Positions 1-12,739 are shown, counted from the first letter of the whole stretch. The stretch: 62,760 nt of DNA, filler included, from Sphacelaria rigidula (GCA_964200075.2; 10 parts of 10 records of this genome joined end to end with filler, not necessarily neighbours in it); one strand, 5' to 3'. Notes: generated by a model from the sequence alone, not told the origin. Program-made: numbers and translations.

Positions 1-351
1 CCATATTTTTGCGCATCTAGAATCGTTAGGAGCCCCTGAACTAGACATAATTTCGCGTGAAAAGTGCACCCCATACATTCAGAACGTGCGTGCAGGAACA
101 CAAAAATATACAGTATCTAAACTGTACCGACTGTTGTGGAGCTGGTTTCAGATTTGAGTGTGCACGGGAACTGACTGTACCACTATGGGCAAAAATGGTA
201 ATGAATAGCACATAGCTGGAAACAACATCACCTCCCCTCGGGACACACCACCGTAGAGCACGGTTCGTGGTACAACCCACCGCAAACACCCTGTCGAATA
301 CAAGAAGGAGAGACGAAAATCCTTCCGCGTTTGAGGTTTGTATATCACGGT

Positions 352-821
352 ATGGCTTACAGAAGCAGGCAGGCGTCGCCTGCTTCTGCCAGTATTGCGC
401 GAAGCAACTCACGTAATAAAAAAGGCAGCAGAACCTCTCTTACCTCGGGGTCGGCTGGCAGAAAGAGACTCACGCGAGACGCGACGATAGACGATGATGT
501 ACCTGCGGCGAGTGCAGAGGTTCCAGGAGCTACCACGCCAATGAGTGGGAAGCACAAAGGTGGTAAAGGGGTGAAATCTAGCAAAAAAGATAGGGCGACC
601 AGTGCAGGTGTTTCGGCGGGGGGTACTGAGCCTACTAAAACAGACGGAGGTTTGGCCATTGCGAGGGCTGTTCAACGCTCAATGAGACACGGTACCCGTA
701 GTGAAGATGGTAATGACACTGATGATGAACAGCTCGGCTTCGAGGACCAAGCTTGCTATCGTGATCCGGCCCCGCTGAAGTGGAAGATATTCGAAGCTGC
801 AGCGGAGGCGAATGGACAGAG
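352..821 (+). CDS. Possible first exon of an uncharacterised low-complexity K/R/S/G-rich protein, or a TE-derived ORF remnant
   Basis: ATG at 352, 156-codon open frame (MAYRSRQASP...KIFEAAAEANGQR) ending at AG|GTATGT donor; no in-frame downstream exon found. Confidence 0.35.
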
Positions 822-1840
822 GTATGTTCATTTGCACAGCGACTCGGGTAATTATACCGCGAGCTGTATAGTGTTTGTTCTCTGTATCCATCTTTTCAGC
901 TGATTAGCATCACATCATCCACAACCATACTGTACCTCTAGTGACTGTTGTTGTATACCGTTGTGTGCAACATCTGTCTTACTTTCAGAAGCGGTTGCGG
1001 CTCAATTTCTGCCCCTTGGAACCCCGTCGCCCATTAGCCAACCGTTGTGAAGGGGACAGCTTCTCACGGTTTACCCTGGGAAGAACAACACGGTCGGTTT
1101 ACACTCATCATGGTGTAGGAGTCTGGGCCAGAGTGTCACGGTTCGCACTCGTCGCGCTCGACTTCAGCCACTTTGTGCTAGCCGGATCAAGCTACGTTGA
1201 ATCCATGACCTGAAAAAATTCAAACTCTCGACCCATTTAAAATACGGTAAAGAAGGAGCGAACAGGCTCGTTTGTACAGACTGACGGTGCTGTCAAAATG
1301 AGTGCTGGAGAACCTTGCTGTCGTGCCTTCCCTCGTGCCAAGCGTGTTCGCGCTCGGTGTGATCGGTGTTGTTTCTGACAATTATTTTTTGGTACCAACA
1401 TTATTAAAATTGTCATCGCAGTTACAGTCGTCGTGCCGCTGTTACAGATGAGCCGAGTCTTCGCTATCGGGGCCAGCGCTTCGTCTGCACCCACGGGCTT
1501 CGCATGATGAATGCATGCGCGGACAGGCGAGACAGAAGCACCGTGCACTGTCAAGAGACATCGCTGTTCAAAATCATCCGGCCCCCGGTGGTTAAAAATT
1601 ATCGCGTGGCTGCACACTATCGATCCGTGCCGTGTGCTGCACTGCGTGGTCCTCTCGTATACTTTACTGTAAGCTCCAGTACTGCCTCCGCAGTGCGCTG
1701 TACGAGGTCGTGTTCCCCGCTGCTGCAGTCAGTACCGCGCATGGGCATGTACTACGCATATTCGTCCCAGTGGTTTAAACTGGGTATCCAGTCCATCAAC
1801 CGCCGAACAAACCACGGCGCGTCGCGCTCGGTGATTGAAT

Positions 1841-1953
1841 GCGAGCCTGGTCCGGCGAACACCCGGTGTGATCCGTCCCGGCTTTGCAGGGATGCGAGGT
1901 CAATGGTATTATTACTACGCATGCAAGATCACGAGTACACCCCCCCCCCCCCC
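1841..1953 (+). mobile_element. Family B ~105-nt retro-element 3'-end copy with poly(C) tail; others at 5502-5606 (-), 6288-6356 (-), 52581-52630 (+, partial), 61832-61937 (-), 62352-62460 (-)
   Basis: Consensus CGAGCCTGGTCCGGCGAAAACCCGGCGTGCTCCGTCCCGGCTTTGTAGGGATGCGAGGTCAATGGTC..ATGACT.TGGCATGCATGATCATGAGTACA-Cn; shares core blocks with family A. Confidence 0.85.
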
Positions 1954-2661
1954 GAAAAGCACGGCGCCACTGCATTGGTTGCGAATGGGATACATGTACT
2001 GTGCTGCTGTACTGTACTGTACACGGCGGTGGTCCATGCAGCAACATTGTGAGGGTGTGTTGGGTAGGGTTAGGACCTCTTTTGAGTGACTGATTGACTG
2101 ATTGTCGTACTTCAAGTGACCCCCCCAGGGGTCCAGCCGTGGTGTCATGGTAGACGTATCTGAGAAAAACGAAACTGGAGCACGCTCTGAAGAAAAGAAG
2201 GAACAAGAAGGGGGAAAAGTGAACAGAACGACATTGTAGACCAAGTCGTCACCAAAAAAAAGTAATAAAGAAGTCAACACAAGCAAAGCACGGAAAGAGA
2301 TGGCCGACCTAAAACAAGGGGGGGGGAAAGGAACAAAGAGGAAAGTCAAGAGCAAATAAAATAAAATACAAGAAAACGACGAAAAAGAAGGAAAGGCCCA
2401 AGGGATTCAGGGCAGCAGAGTAGATACAGATACACAGCAATGGACACCGCAGAGCCACCGACTAAGGACATAATCAACAACCGATTTGAGCAGACAGGGT
2501 TCTCCGATTGGCAGCCCTCGACGCAGCAGCCTCTCGCTTGTGACGGCGGTTCAATCAAATGAGAAGGTGAGAACGTGCCATAATAGTGAAAACGATTGTG
2601 ACGTTTCTGGTGATTTTTTCTGCACTTGTCCTTGCAATTCGTTACCCATCATAGCGTGCCC

Positions 2662-3137
2662 TAGGCCAACCCTAATGTGAGCCGTTCAAAATTCCTGTCG
2701 AAAACTGCCTATTTGGCCCTTCTCCGTCGATTTACGCCCGAAATGAGGGCTAGTCGGATGTTGACGCCTAGAAATTACTTGCTCTACTCGTTGAGACCGT
2801 GTTACGGCGACTTTGCATTTTCCGCTGGCCGCACTTTGTTTTTGGCCAAATCAGGCCAAACACGGATTTTCAGTAAAAAACGGTCAGGTGATCAAAATTC
2901 CCCCCTGTTTTTCGATCGCATGACCGTTCTCTATTGAAAATTCATGTTCGGCCAAAACTAAGAGTGCGGCCAGCGGGAAATGCAAAGTTGCCCTGGTACG
3001 GTCTCATTGAGTAGAGCAAGTCGTTCCAAGGCGTGAACATCCGCCTAGCCCTCTTTTCAGGCGTGAAACGACGAAGAAGGGCCAAAAAGGCAGTTTTGAA
3101 CAGCAACTTTGAACGGTTCCCATTAGAGTAGGTCTTA
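2662..3137. mobile_element. Foldback MITE with ~170-190 bp imperfect TIRs; related copy at ~58690-59106
   Basis: CCGTTCAAAATTCCTGTCGAAAACTGCC...GGCAGTTTTGAACAGCAACTTTGAACGG; arms complementary through TTGCTCTACTC/GAGTAGAGCAA. Confidence 0.85.
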
Positions 3138-3139
3138 CT

Positions 3140-3944
3140 TTAGCACATTTATTTTCGATCGAAAAAGTGCGGTGGAATATAATTTTTTGGATCTGATGGG
3201 TCCACCGCATTTCCATTCCTGGTTGGCTTCAACTACTTTAATTGATCAGTGGCGCGCGGAGAAGAAGTAAAGAACAAAAAAGCTATTAATAAGCGTTGTC
3301 GATCGAAAACATTTCGTCGAAAGGCACCAAGGTGCACTTGACTCTTATCTTCCAAACCACCACGCCAAATACCACCCGTTCACAGAGCCGTGCAAATTCC
3401 GCACAACTCACTCTTAGCTGCCAATGCAACCCGGCAGCATAGAGCACGAGTTGAGCACAGGAATAGATACACTGCAGTAGTCGGGTATGCTGTGTTTATT
3501 CTTTGTTGGCGAAAACTAGAGCATATTCTCTCATGGTGGGGATCAGCGACGGAGCTGCGTGGTACGGTGGGCAACCGAGCTGCGTTCACGATAACGGACA
3601 GTGCAGGCAGTACAAGGCTGCACGTTGTCCGTGTCCTTTTCACGTCGCATTGCAAGCGGAGAGAACAGATTGTCCTGCGCTGTCTGTACTTCTTGCCCGT
3701 TGCCCGCTTCTCTTTCACACCGTACTGTACGAAACGTGCGCACACACACTGCATGCAAACAGGGCAGACAGTACAGACTGTCTGTACTGTGCGCAAGTGG
3801 CCATGTACCGCTTCATGAATTTCACCGTCTTTTTTCAATCAACAGCTTTAGAAGTCGCTTGGACCCAACTCGAGAAAAATGAGTAAAATTTCGCTCAAAC
3901 GAATTTCAACGTCCCTTTTGTTCGATCGAAAAAATATGTGCTAA
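3140..3944. mobile_element. Non-autonomous TIR element
   Basis: TTAGCACATTTATTTTCGATCGAA ... TTCGATCGAAAAAATATGTGCTAA termini. Confidence 0.6.
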
Positions 3945-3990
3945 GACACGCCCTCAGTTCTCAATCACTCGGGAGGACAGAATAAAACAA

Positions 3991-4301
3991 TGGGCAATTG
4001 CCTAGAAAAGGTGTACCTTCTCGTTTTTTGCCCCAAGAAAGGTACGGAAAATGGTCAGAAACGCGAGAACAGCCAAACACGCCATTTTGGACCGTTTTCG
4101 CTCCGAATTTTTCACGCACATCATTCAGGGGGGGCATTAGCACCCTGGTCTCGACAAGAAACGAAAAAAAAACGTTACTCGCGAGAGATGGCCACGCGAA
4201 AACGGACCTCTCGGCTCTCCTTGTGTTCGCGTTTTTGACCATATGTCGTACCTTCCTTGGGAAAAAAACGAGAAGGTATACCTTTTTTAGGCCATCGCCC
4301 T
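3991..4301. mobile_element. MITE with ~80-90 bp TIRs
   Basis: GGGCAATTGCCTAGAAAAGGTGTACCTTCTCGTTTTTT ... AAAAAACGAGAAGGTATACCTTTTTTAGGCCATCGCCC. Confidence 0.8.
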
Positions 4302-4678
4302 AAAACAATTGTCACCCAAACCGCTAGGATCACACTCTGATTTTCACGACGCATTCTTACTCTTCTGTTATCGTTAAACGGGATTCAAATACCGGGGTAT
4401 TTGATTTTGATTTGATTGATTGATTGATTGATTGTCGCACTTGAAGTGACTCCCCAGGAGTCCAGCCGTGGTCTCGTGATAGACGTACCCAACAAAACGG
4501 AACTGAAACACGCTCTAAGGAAAGAAAAAAAAAAAAGGAACAGGAAAAAAAAAAAAAAAGAGGAAGAAAAAAACGAAAAAACACAAGTTTTTACTCGCCC
4601 GAAATTTTGTGTCGCAATGGTCCGATTGCGTTGCTCTACTCAATATCTTGAGTATTGTCGAGAACTATCTCAATACTC

Positions 4679-4884
4679 CAAGGGCAGGTTGAGTAGAGTA
4701 TATTCAATTGCGGGATATTTTGAAAGACGCACTTGAGGTACTCAAATTAGGGTAGAGTTTGAGGACTCGTACCCAAAAAATAACTGGGAAGCGATCCCTA
4801 AAATCCTACCCTCAATTTGTTTACTTTCAAGTGCGACTTTTAAAATACCCCGCAATTGAGTATACTCTACTCGACCTACCCTTA
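4679..4884. mobile_element. MITE with 8-bp TSD (hAT/P-like)
   Basis: TIR CAAGGGCAGGTTGAGTAGAGTATA; perfect TSD CAATACTC at 4671-4678 and 4885-4892. Confidence 0.9.
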
Positions 4885-4914
4885 CAATACTCTATCCAAG
4901 TTTTGGGTGCTCAA

Positions 4915-5165
4915 CCCTTTTGAAACCATTGATGGAAAAGTGACGACTTACAAAACTTCCATATGCAAGCTTTCGTCACCGGGAAAACGTCAGTCCGAGT
5001 TCGGTACACGAATCTGTCACATGAGTATACTTGAACTTAGAGTAGTGCACCGTTTAGGTGGGCTGCATCATCGACACAAGCAGAAAAACAACCGTATCTT
5101 GGTATCTTGCCCGAGAAAAACGTCAGTTGTAAATCGTCACTTTTCCATCAACGGTTCCACAAGGG
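4915..5165. mobile_element. piggyBac-like MITE
   Basis: TCAA-CCCTTTTGAAACCATTGATGGAAAAGTGACGA ... TCGTCACTTTTCCATCAACGGTTCCACAAGGG-TTAA. Confidence 0.75.
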
Positions 5166-5954
5166 TTAATAGTACGTTTTTGAAAGTACGCAAGTGTGGG
5201 GAATACCCTACCCAACAAAACCCATGAACTTTGCGGTTATTTTTTATTTTCCCATCGTTTTAGCTCGGTATCTCGAACCCGCAATCACAGAGTTCAAGTA
5301 GAAAACCGTTCATACTCATGAGGCTGATGATAAAAACTCTCCATATTACGGGGGGGAAAAAAGTACGTGGGCTCTGAAAGAATCCGGACATGCACTGCGC
5401 GTACTTTGTCCCCCATGACTGAAACCAGCTGTCCTCTGCAACCATGTGATCAATGAACTCACTCTTCACTATCAGCTACAGTACGGCATATCGTGTGAAA
5501 AGGGGTTGTACTTATGATCATGCATGCCACAGTCATCAGACAACTGACCTCGCATCCCTACAATGCCGAGACGGAGCACGCCGGGTTTTCGCCGGACCAG
5601 GCTCGTGTAAAAAAGGGGGGGGGGGAAGGGGGGCAGAAAATAGATTGCACTATTTTTTTTCATCTTGATATGTGCAGTCTTGTGCCACATAATACCAGGC
5701 ACTATCAAGTACAATATGTCTGGAACAGCAAACACGTCGATGCGCTACGCTGCGATGCTCTTGTACCATCATACGCTTGCACACTTTGCCCTCACGATGC
5801 AACACGGGCGGCCGCCGGTACACACCCTATCCGCACTCCGGGGCGTCTCTATGCTGTTGACAAGGTGAGCAGCATGCATGTGTACAGCGTAAACCGGGTC
5901 ACAAACCGAATTTACCCCGAGATGGGCGTGTTTGCAATGGGTTACACGACGGAA

Positions 5955-6187
5955 CAACGCGTGCGAGCACACCGTTGAAGTGATTCATACGAGCAGTATC
6001 CGATTTCCACCGTCGCAAGCTTGAGCACGTGAGTAGACAAAAAAGTAGTTGCCTGAGTTTGTTTGACGAGAGTTGACGCGGTGCGGGAATGCTGATAGTC
6101 ATGACCCAACCCGCGAGACCAATATGCAAGGCGTGTACCGGGGAGAGATGCGTTGGTTCCTTGAGACCACGGACTCTTTCCGAGGAG
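5955..6187. repeat. Dispersed repeat (possible SINE); second copy at ~8400-8620
   Basis: Shared GAGTTTGTTTGACG.GAGTTGACGCGGTGCGGGAATGCTGATAGTCAT.ACCCAA...ATGCAAGGCGTGTACCGGGG on different contigs. Confidence 0.8.
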
Positions 6188-6287
6188 NNNNNNNNNNNNN
6201 NNNNNNNNNNNNNNNNNNNNNNNNNNNNNNNTTAATTAATTAANNNNNNNNNNNNNNNNNNNNNNNNNNNNNNNNNNNNNNNNNNNN
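6188..6287. other. Artificial contig-joining linker (N44-TTAATTAATTAA-N44); identical linkers at 12475-12574, 18761-18860, 25047-25146, 31333-31432, 37619-37718, 43905-44004, 50191-50290, 56476-56575
   Basis: 100-nt N blocks carrying a six-frame stop linker; the intervening segments are 6187, 6187, 6186 (x6), 6185 and 6185 bp. Confidence 0.97.
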
Positions 6288-7310
6288 AGACCATTGACCT
6301 CGCATCCCTACAAAGCCGGGACGGAGCACGCCGGGTTTTCGCCGGACCAGGCTCGTGGGGGGGGGGGGAGCTATAGGAGAAAGTGCCATCAGCTCTTTTT
6401 CAGACCCGCGGTCGAAGTATGCAAGATGCCTAGCCAAGAAGCACACGATGTACATGACACCCTGTACAACATATGGCGTCGTCAGAGAGTGTACTGCGTA
6501 CAATACCGACTATTGCGTCTATTGCGATATACAACAGATTGCATGCTGTACGTGGTACACTTTTCGACAGTGTAATCTGTTGTCCAGGGTGTAATGTACA
6601 CTGAAAATTAACATTTTGAAAGGAGGACGTACGTCGTGCAGCAGCTGGCGAACCGCGAATAGGGGCTCTCGACGCGAGAAAGAAGACGATACAATGATCA
6701 CCCATGTTATATCTTCAATAGAGAACGATGTGGAAACGCTGCGGAAGTTGCTGAATGGTACGTCGGTCACAATATTTCTCCGAAGCAAATTCAGCGACGA
6801 AACCTTAGCACCGAGAGTCCAAGTGTTACAGACTTGTAGGTTTTGCCGTGACTATTATATTTTCCCATATTTTTGGTTTTGCAGCATCTAAAACTAAATA
6901 AAAAACTCCTGCGTTGACCTTCCTCGTGCGTGACCGCGGCTGATGCCCCCCATTTTTACCAAAATGTTTGAGCTGGCGTCCAGAATAGATTGGATGACAA
7001 CACATGCACTATCTATGTACATATGTCAGGTTGATACCAACACACGCTCCAAATCGTTAACGCCTTGCTTGTGCATTTGCAAGTTGGCAATAGTCGATTA
7101 TTCCTGTCTCGGCCCGTCATCTCACGTCTTCATATTTGTCACCTGTATGATCCTTCCTTCCGGCGGGTTTCGGTGAAGAGATGTTTTGGTGCATTGGGCC
7201 TCATGTGGGCAATATATAACCTATACTTGCAGTGGTTGTTCATGGACCTTCACGCGTCTGCAATCCCAAAAGCCACTTCTGAGTCTGCTGTTGTTCGAAA
7301 GCAAGTACGA

Positions 7311-7337
7311 TGAATTATTAATGATTGTTATTATTAC

Positions 7338-7413
<76 letters not shown>

Positions 7414-7580
7414 TCATTATTATAATTATTATTTCATTTTTAGTATTACTAGTATTACAAGTATTTATTAGTATTATTATTGTTATTAATATCACTTTTA
7501 CTATTATTATTACTATTGTTAATACTATGATTGTTATTGTTGTCATTGCTATTTTTATTGCTGTTATTTTATCATTATCA
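7311..7580. repeat. (ATT)n microsatellite with degenerate flank; other microsatellites: (ATT)/(AGT)n 37429-37618, (TG)n 50547-50595, (AGC)/(AGT)/(GGT)n 57983-58108
   Basis: Direct inspection. Confidence 0.95.
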
Positions 7581-8139
7581 TGAAAAATTATCGAAAATCA
7601 TCAAGAAATATTCAACATTATTCAAAGTTATTCATAACCTCTTAATAATCATGTGTAGCATGCTGAAAACCGGTCGAAGAGAGAACGATTCCGATGCGTT
7701 TCCATCACGCGCCTGCGTACATACGTGTATCAGTAAGCATCACGGCTAGGCCAGTGGGAAATCATTTTTCCCGATATTTTAGTCTGCGGTGTGCTAACTT
7801 CTTTCAAGTTTTCACGCGCCGCTGTGTCTTATCCCCTCCCATTTTTACGACCCTCTCGACTTGTTGCGCTTCGTAGAAAAAAATGGAGGGTTGAACGAAG
7901 TCACTCGGAGAACGTTCTGAGACAATGTTTCGAAAATATCATCCCAAAGCAGAATTGTTCAACGATAATGTATGTGACTATACACAGCGTAATACTACAT
8001 GAACCAGGCGTCAACTTTTCGCCGCGAACTCGACGGTACAGGTACGTAACCGCGTAGAGTATTGGCATACGTCTTCGAACCGCCTGCACGGCACCAAAAT
8101 CCCGGGGTAATACTTGCTTGATACGCAGTAACAAGGATT

Positions 8140-8346
8140 CAAGGGCAGGTTGAATAGAGTATACTCAATCGCGGAGTATTTCGAAACTTGTACTTAAAGT
8201 GCCCAACTGGGGGGGTAGGGTTTTAGGGATCGCTTTCCCGTTATTTTTTGGGTACGACTCCTAAGACTCTACGGTAACTTGAGTATCTCAAGCACGTCTT
8301 TCAAAATACCTCGCAATTGAGTATACTCTACTCGACCCTGCTCTTG
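8140..8346. mobile_element. Second copy of the same MITE family, inverted, with its own 8-bp TSD
   Basis: Same TIR; perfect TSD CAAGGATT at 8132-8139 and 8347-8354. Confidence 0.9.
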
Positions 8347-9338
8347 CAAGGATTCAGACGCCGACAACAAAGCCACGAACAAACGTATGCATTGGCTCCT
8401 CGATACGCCAGCGCGGCGGCTCATACCGTATACCTACATATATACGCGAAAGCGCGGGAACGTGAGTAAACAAAGTAGTCGACTGAGTTTGTTTGACGTG
8501 AGTTGACGCGGTGCGGGAATGCTGATAGTCATAACCCAATCCTCGACACCAAAATGCAAGGCGTGTACCGGGGGAGAGATGGGTTGATTACCTACGACCA
8601 CAGACTCATCCCGGGGGAGGGGAGGGGTTCAAAGTGCGACAAATGAAAACAAATGAATAATAATAATAAATAATACACGTATGTATGTACGGATAGATGC
8701 GGAGGAATACTACCACAAGGTTAAAGTCCGTCTCGTGAAGCATCAGCATTGTAAGGCAACTCAAGTGCTAGAAAAGAATCTCAGTCACCCATGTGGTCGT
8801 GCAAGCGGGCTGTGATGCGGAGTTTCGTTTCAAGGTACGTTTCATATTATGCATACCAATATATACATTTACATATATACCACGCTAATTACACAATGCC
8901 AACATTTGAAACGGCAAATATTGACGTGAATGCTACTGCACACGAATCTCTTCCATCGCAAGCTGCCGGCAGAACGGGCTACACAGGTAAGCATTTATAA
9001 TGCGGCCGTTAGGATGATGACGGTACTCGTAAGTTACCCATTATATCTTGCAATGCTCCACGAGCCAGACGTTGACTTTTTTGCGGCATATTTTCCTACT
9101 AGTTGAACACAGATTTATGTAACTATACATGAGTAGACGAAAAAATGCTCTCCAAAACAAAAACGGCGGAGCTTTTCAAAATATATCGACCAATCCCGTA
9201 AACGGAAAAAAAATGTTTGTTTTTGCATGTTTGTTTTTCGGCCGTCTGGTCAGTTAACCAATTGGAAGGTTGGTCAAGGCTCCGTAGGTCGTAGGTCCGT
9301 CCATCTTCCGCATACAACGTTTTGCGCGCCCTCTTTAG

Positions 9339-12300
9339 GTCGCCGATGTGGTCCACGCGTTTTCGCTCAGGGGGGAACTTGATCTCACTACGGCTGAGTT
9401 GGAGCTGGCGCTGAATCTCGTCGACGGGCTTGACCTCAACCGCCGAGAAGTACGTACATAGGCACCGTGCGTTACAGAATAGTATATCACCCCGGGGCGA
9501 TATGAGAAACCCGAAGTCGATTTGCAGCAGTAGCGGTGATGGTGAATATGGTGGCGCCAAAAATGTTGTCGTTGGAAATAGCTCGATCAAGATCTTTTGT
9601 TGGGTGGGATGGGATCTTATCATGGTAGGCACGTTATCAGGGGGGGGGGCGTACTCATTTATTGCTTGCCTTAGTCGTTTGACGATTGACCACGCATCTC
9701 TTTCGAGACGGAGCACTATTGACGACGTTCTCAGGGGGTGATTGCTCGTTCTGCTTACTGTGTGTATTTTTTGCTATATTATTTCCTCTTATTTTCCTTT
9801 CTTTTTTGTTTAAGTTGGCCATTTCTTGCTGTGCATTGTTTTTGTTGACTTTTTTACTATCCTCCTTATGCTTCTTTTCACGTCTTAGTCTACTATGTCG
9901 TTCTGTTCCACGTTTTTTCCGTTCCTTTTTTTCTTCAGCGAGTGTTTCAATTTTGCTTCTCTTGGGTACGTCTATCATGCGACCACGGCTGGACCCCTGA
10001 GGGGTCAGTTAAAGCGCGACAATCAATCAAGAATAAAAAAAATCATACTGTGCGGGGGAAAACTCGGGCTCATGATGGGTGCGATTCTCTGTTGATTCTG
10101 TTCGTGGTACACTACGTGGCAAACGGTGTACTAGTCCAACAAAGCGCGTGGAGGGGGAAATCGTGTCAAGACGGCTCAACCCTACGTGTCGTTTTGGCCC
10201 AGACTTCGTCTCCTATAGAAACTGTGGATGACCACGATTTTGATCAAGCCAGATTTCTCGTTATTCATGCAAGTTTTACTCATCAGTGTAGACGCAGTTA
10301 TAATGTATCCTAGCTAGGCGCAACAGGGGGGATACGCGGCAGGGGGAAACGGTACTCCTGCGTTCCGCGCCTCGGGAGGCACCGAGACTTGCCTATATTC
10401 AAGAATACGAAGTATTCTCAGGCTATATGATTTCGCTACCGATGGTCTGCTTCGTCAAGCAGCAGGGGACCATGATCGAGCTTTGGGGAAGACAAGCAGC
10501 CATAGAAAGATCAAAAACGCCCGACGGCTGAGAAAAACAAAACTGCGTGTCTTCCGTGTCTGCTGCAGGTGCGAAGCGTCGTCCGCTTTCTGGACAAGGA
10601 TTTCAGCGGTACGGTCGACGTTCGAGAGTTAGACAACGCTATTCGGAACTTCCGCGCCCTTCGGCGGGAATGCCCGTCGCTCGGCGCAGGCCCTCTGACG
10701 GTCCTAGATCCATCAGATCTTGATCGACTGGCGACTTACTCGTTCGCTCAGATGCTCCAACGTCGACAGGAACAACAGCGCTGTCAAGCAAAAAACAGCG
10801 CTTGCCAGAGTCATTCAGGAAGTGGGCAAGATGCAGCGGGAGAAAACAGCGATAATCGTCAAATGACCGGCAAAGGGGCGGAGGAGGGCGATATGTCACT
10901 GGAAAGGAGAATCGCTGGGGACGAGAATGTCTCGGAGAGACCTGGAACGGGGTACAGTACAGGTCCGGAGGGGGCAGACGACGTGTGCGTCGCCCACCGG
11001 GGCAACGGCAGCGATGTCGGTGGTATTGAGATCAAGGACAGCAACAACGCGAACAACGATGACAGCAACCACAGCAACCACGACAATGATCATCATAAAC
11101 AAAGGGGCGAAAAACTCGAGATAGAGGTTGAGGCAGCAGGAGGAAGTAGTGGTGACACGACGACTAAACCTGCGGCGGACACCGTTGTCAGCGGTTCGGG
11201 GATCGCGACCGTGAGCGTTTCGGAGATCGCTGCGGCGTTCAAAAAAGCCGCCCGCGAGTTCGAGGCACAACGGCAACGGGGGCGGCAGCAGGGCTCGGAT
11301 CAAGCGTCGCAGAGCACTTCCTCGACCGGCAACAACTATCCACATCCTTCCACGGACACCAAGCAGGCGAAGGTGAGACACGTTTGGACGTCACTACGTA
11401 TGAGGCGAACCCGCAAATGGGGAGGCGGCAAATACGAAAGAATCTAGCGAGAACTTTGTGTACACATACCATTTGCTGTGGTAGGACGAACAACATAGGG
11501 GTAAGAGAACGAAAAGGTATGCTTCATCTGCTCTGCTACTGTACACTCGCTTACGCTGCTAGCTGTTGAATGGCACATCAGATGATCTGCATCGAGCGAC
11601 GCCGGCGAACTGCGGCTTCAAAACCGTGAATGGATATAGAGAACCGTGAATGGATATAGAGATAGATACGACGAGGGACACATCAAGCGCGGGATAATCC
11701 GCAAGTGCATGCACTAGAATAATTGGGAAGTATATGCGCTTTCCCATTTCACGATGTAGCGGGTCGCCCCTGTGGCTCAGTTGTCAACCTCGACACCCTC
11801 TGGCGGTTGGGTCGTAGGTTTGAATCACGGTAAAGTCACACGATGCGGGACTTTTTCTCACATCATGCCCAGCAGTAAAGAGTGACTATGTCGTGGGTAC
11901 ACAAAATTCGACTTCACGGTCGACGAGGGAAAGAGACCGCTGGACCCCCTCTTGCGATAAAAAAAATAAGGCAAGCACCCTGTAGGACGGCACAGCGAAC
12001 GACGGATAGCCTCCATTCAGCGGCGATGTATCCAATCATGTTTTTCCCTCTTCGAATCCACCCTGGGCGTCTATTTATCTCGGTTATCTATCTCGCGACC
12101 ACAGCAACTCATCAATCAATCTCTCCATCCATCATTTCACTCATCAGTTACCCACATAATGGACGGGCGGCCCCGTCCCGGAACTCTTGTGTCATGAAAA
12201 ACACATGCGAACAGGAACACGTCGACAAGATCATGGAGTGGCTACGCAGCTCTCGGACATTCGACAGAGCGCCCACGGGTCGTATTCCTACGTTGGCAGA

Positions 12301-12352
12301 GAAAATGACCGTACGGCAGAGGATGGAGCTGGAGCTACAAAACAAGCTTCAG
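9339..12352 (+). CDS. EF-hand domain protein, partial; exons 9339-9449, 10569-11372, 12215-12352
   Basis: All three exons have AG/GT boundaries and join in phase 0: VADVVHAFSLRGELDLTTAELELALNLVDGLDLNRRE|VRSVVRFLDKDFSGTVDVRELDNAIR...KQAK|EHVDKIMEWLR...LQNKLQ. DKDFSGTVDVRE is a canonical EF-hand loop. Confidence 0.8.
9640..9716 (-). mobile_element. Family A ~70-nt LINE 3'-end copy with poly(C) tail; others at 18690-18760 (+), 24697-24768 (-), 57258-57337 (+)
   Basis: Near-identical to the last ~70 nt of the LINE (46253-46320): GTGCTCCGTCTCGAAAGGGATGCGTGGTCAATGGTCAAACGACTAAGGCAAGCAA.AAATGAGTACG-Cn. Confidence 0.88.
9730..10030 (+). mobile_element. Retroposon 3' fragment with (CAAT)n tail; others at ~2086-2400 (-), ~4411-4580 (-), ~18301-18460 (-), more diverged at ~60275-60470 (-)
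   Basis: Shared 3' core GGTACGTCTATCA..CGACCACGGCTGGAC.CC...GG.GTCA.TT.AAG..CGA followed by CAATCAATC; T-rich body, variable 5' truncation. Confidence 0.8.
11763..11990 (+). mobile_element. tRNA-derived SINE-like element in an intron
   Basis: A-box TGGCTCAGTTG and B-box-like GGTTTGAATC at tRNA spacing, then a non-tRNA body and A-rich end; no intact cloverleaf. Confidence 0.6.
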
Positions 12353-12590
12353 GTGACATCGACAGGGATGAGGGGGCTGGGGGTGGAGGGTCGGCGGGGG
12401 GGGGGGGGGGGGGCCGCAGATGTGGCGTGGCTGGGTGATTGGAACAGGAGCAAGGCCCGCGGGTGGCGACGGAGNNNNNNNNNNNNNNNNNNNNNNNNNN
12501 NNNNNNNNNNNNNNNNNNTTAATTAATTAANNNNNNNNNNNNNNNNNNNNNNNNNNNNNNNNNNNNNNNNNNNNGGTTGGGGGGTGGGGG

Positions 12591-12621
<31 letters not shown>

Positions 12622-12739
12622 ATTTCGAGCAAGAGGATTGCAGCAACTTTCATTTACTGTTGCCATTTTCCAAAAAACTGGCGAGACTCAAAATCGCTGT
12701 AGGCTAAGGGGGGGGAGGGGTTAAAGGTCAACCTCTTAA

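Noticed and set aside
5502..5606. Hammerhead or HDV-like ribozyme in family B (CTGATGA and GAAA on the minus strand)
   Set aside because: CUGAUGA appears in only one copy and I could not build hammerhead stems I-III or the HDV double pseudoknot. The conserved fold is a different multi-stem, so catalysis is unsupported without an assay.
9123..9716. 197-aa minus-strand ORF
   Set aside because: It is a shadow frame: it starts in a retro-element end and overlaps the plus-strand EF-hand exon 9339-9449.
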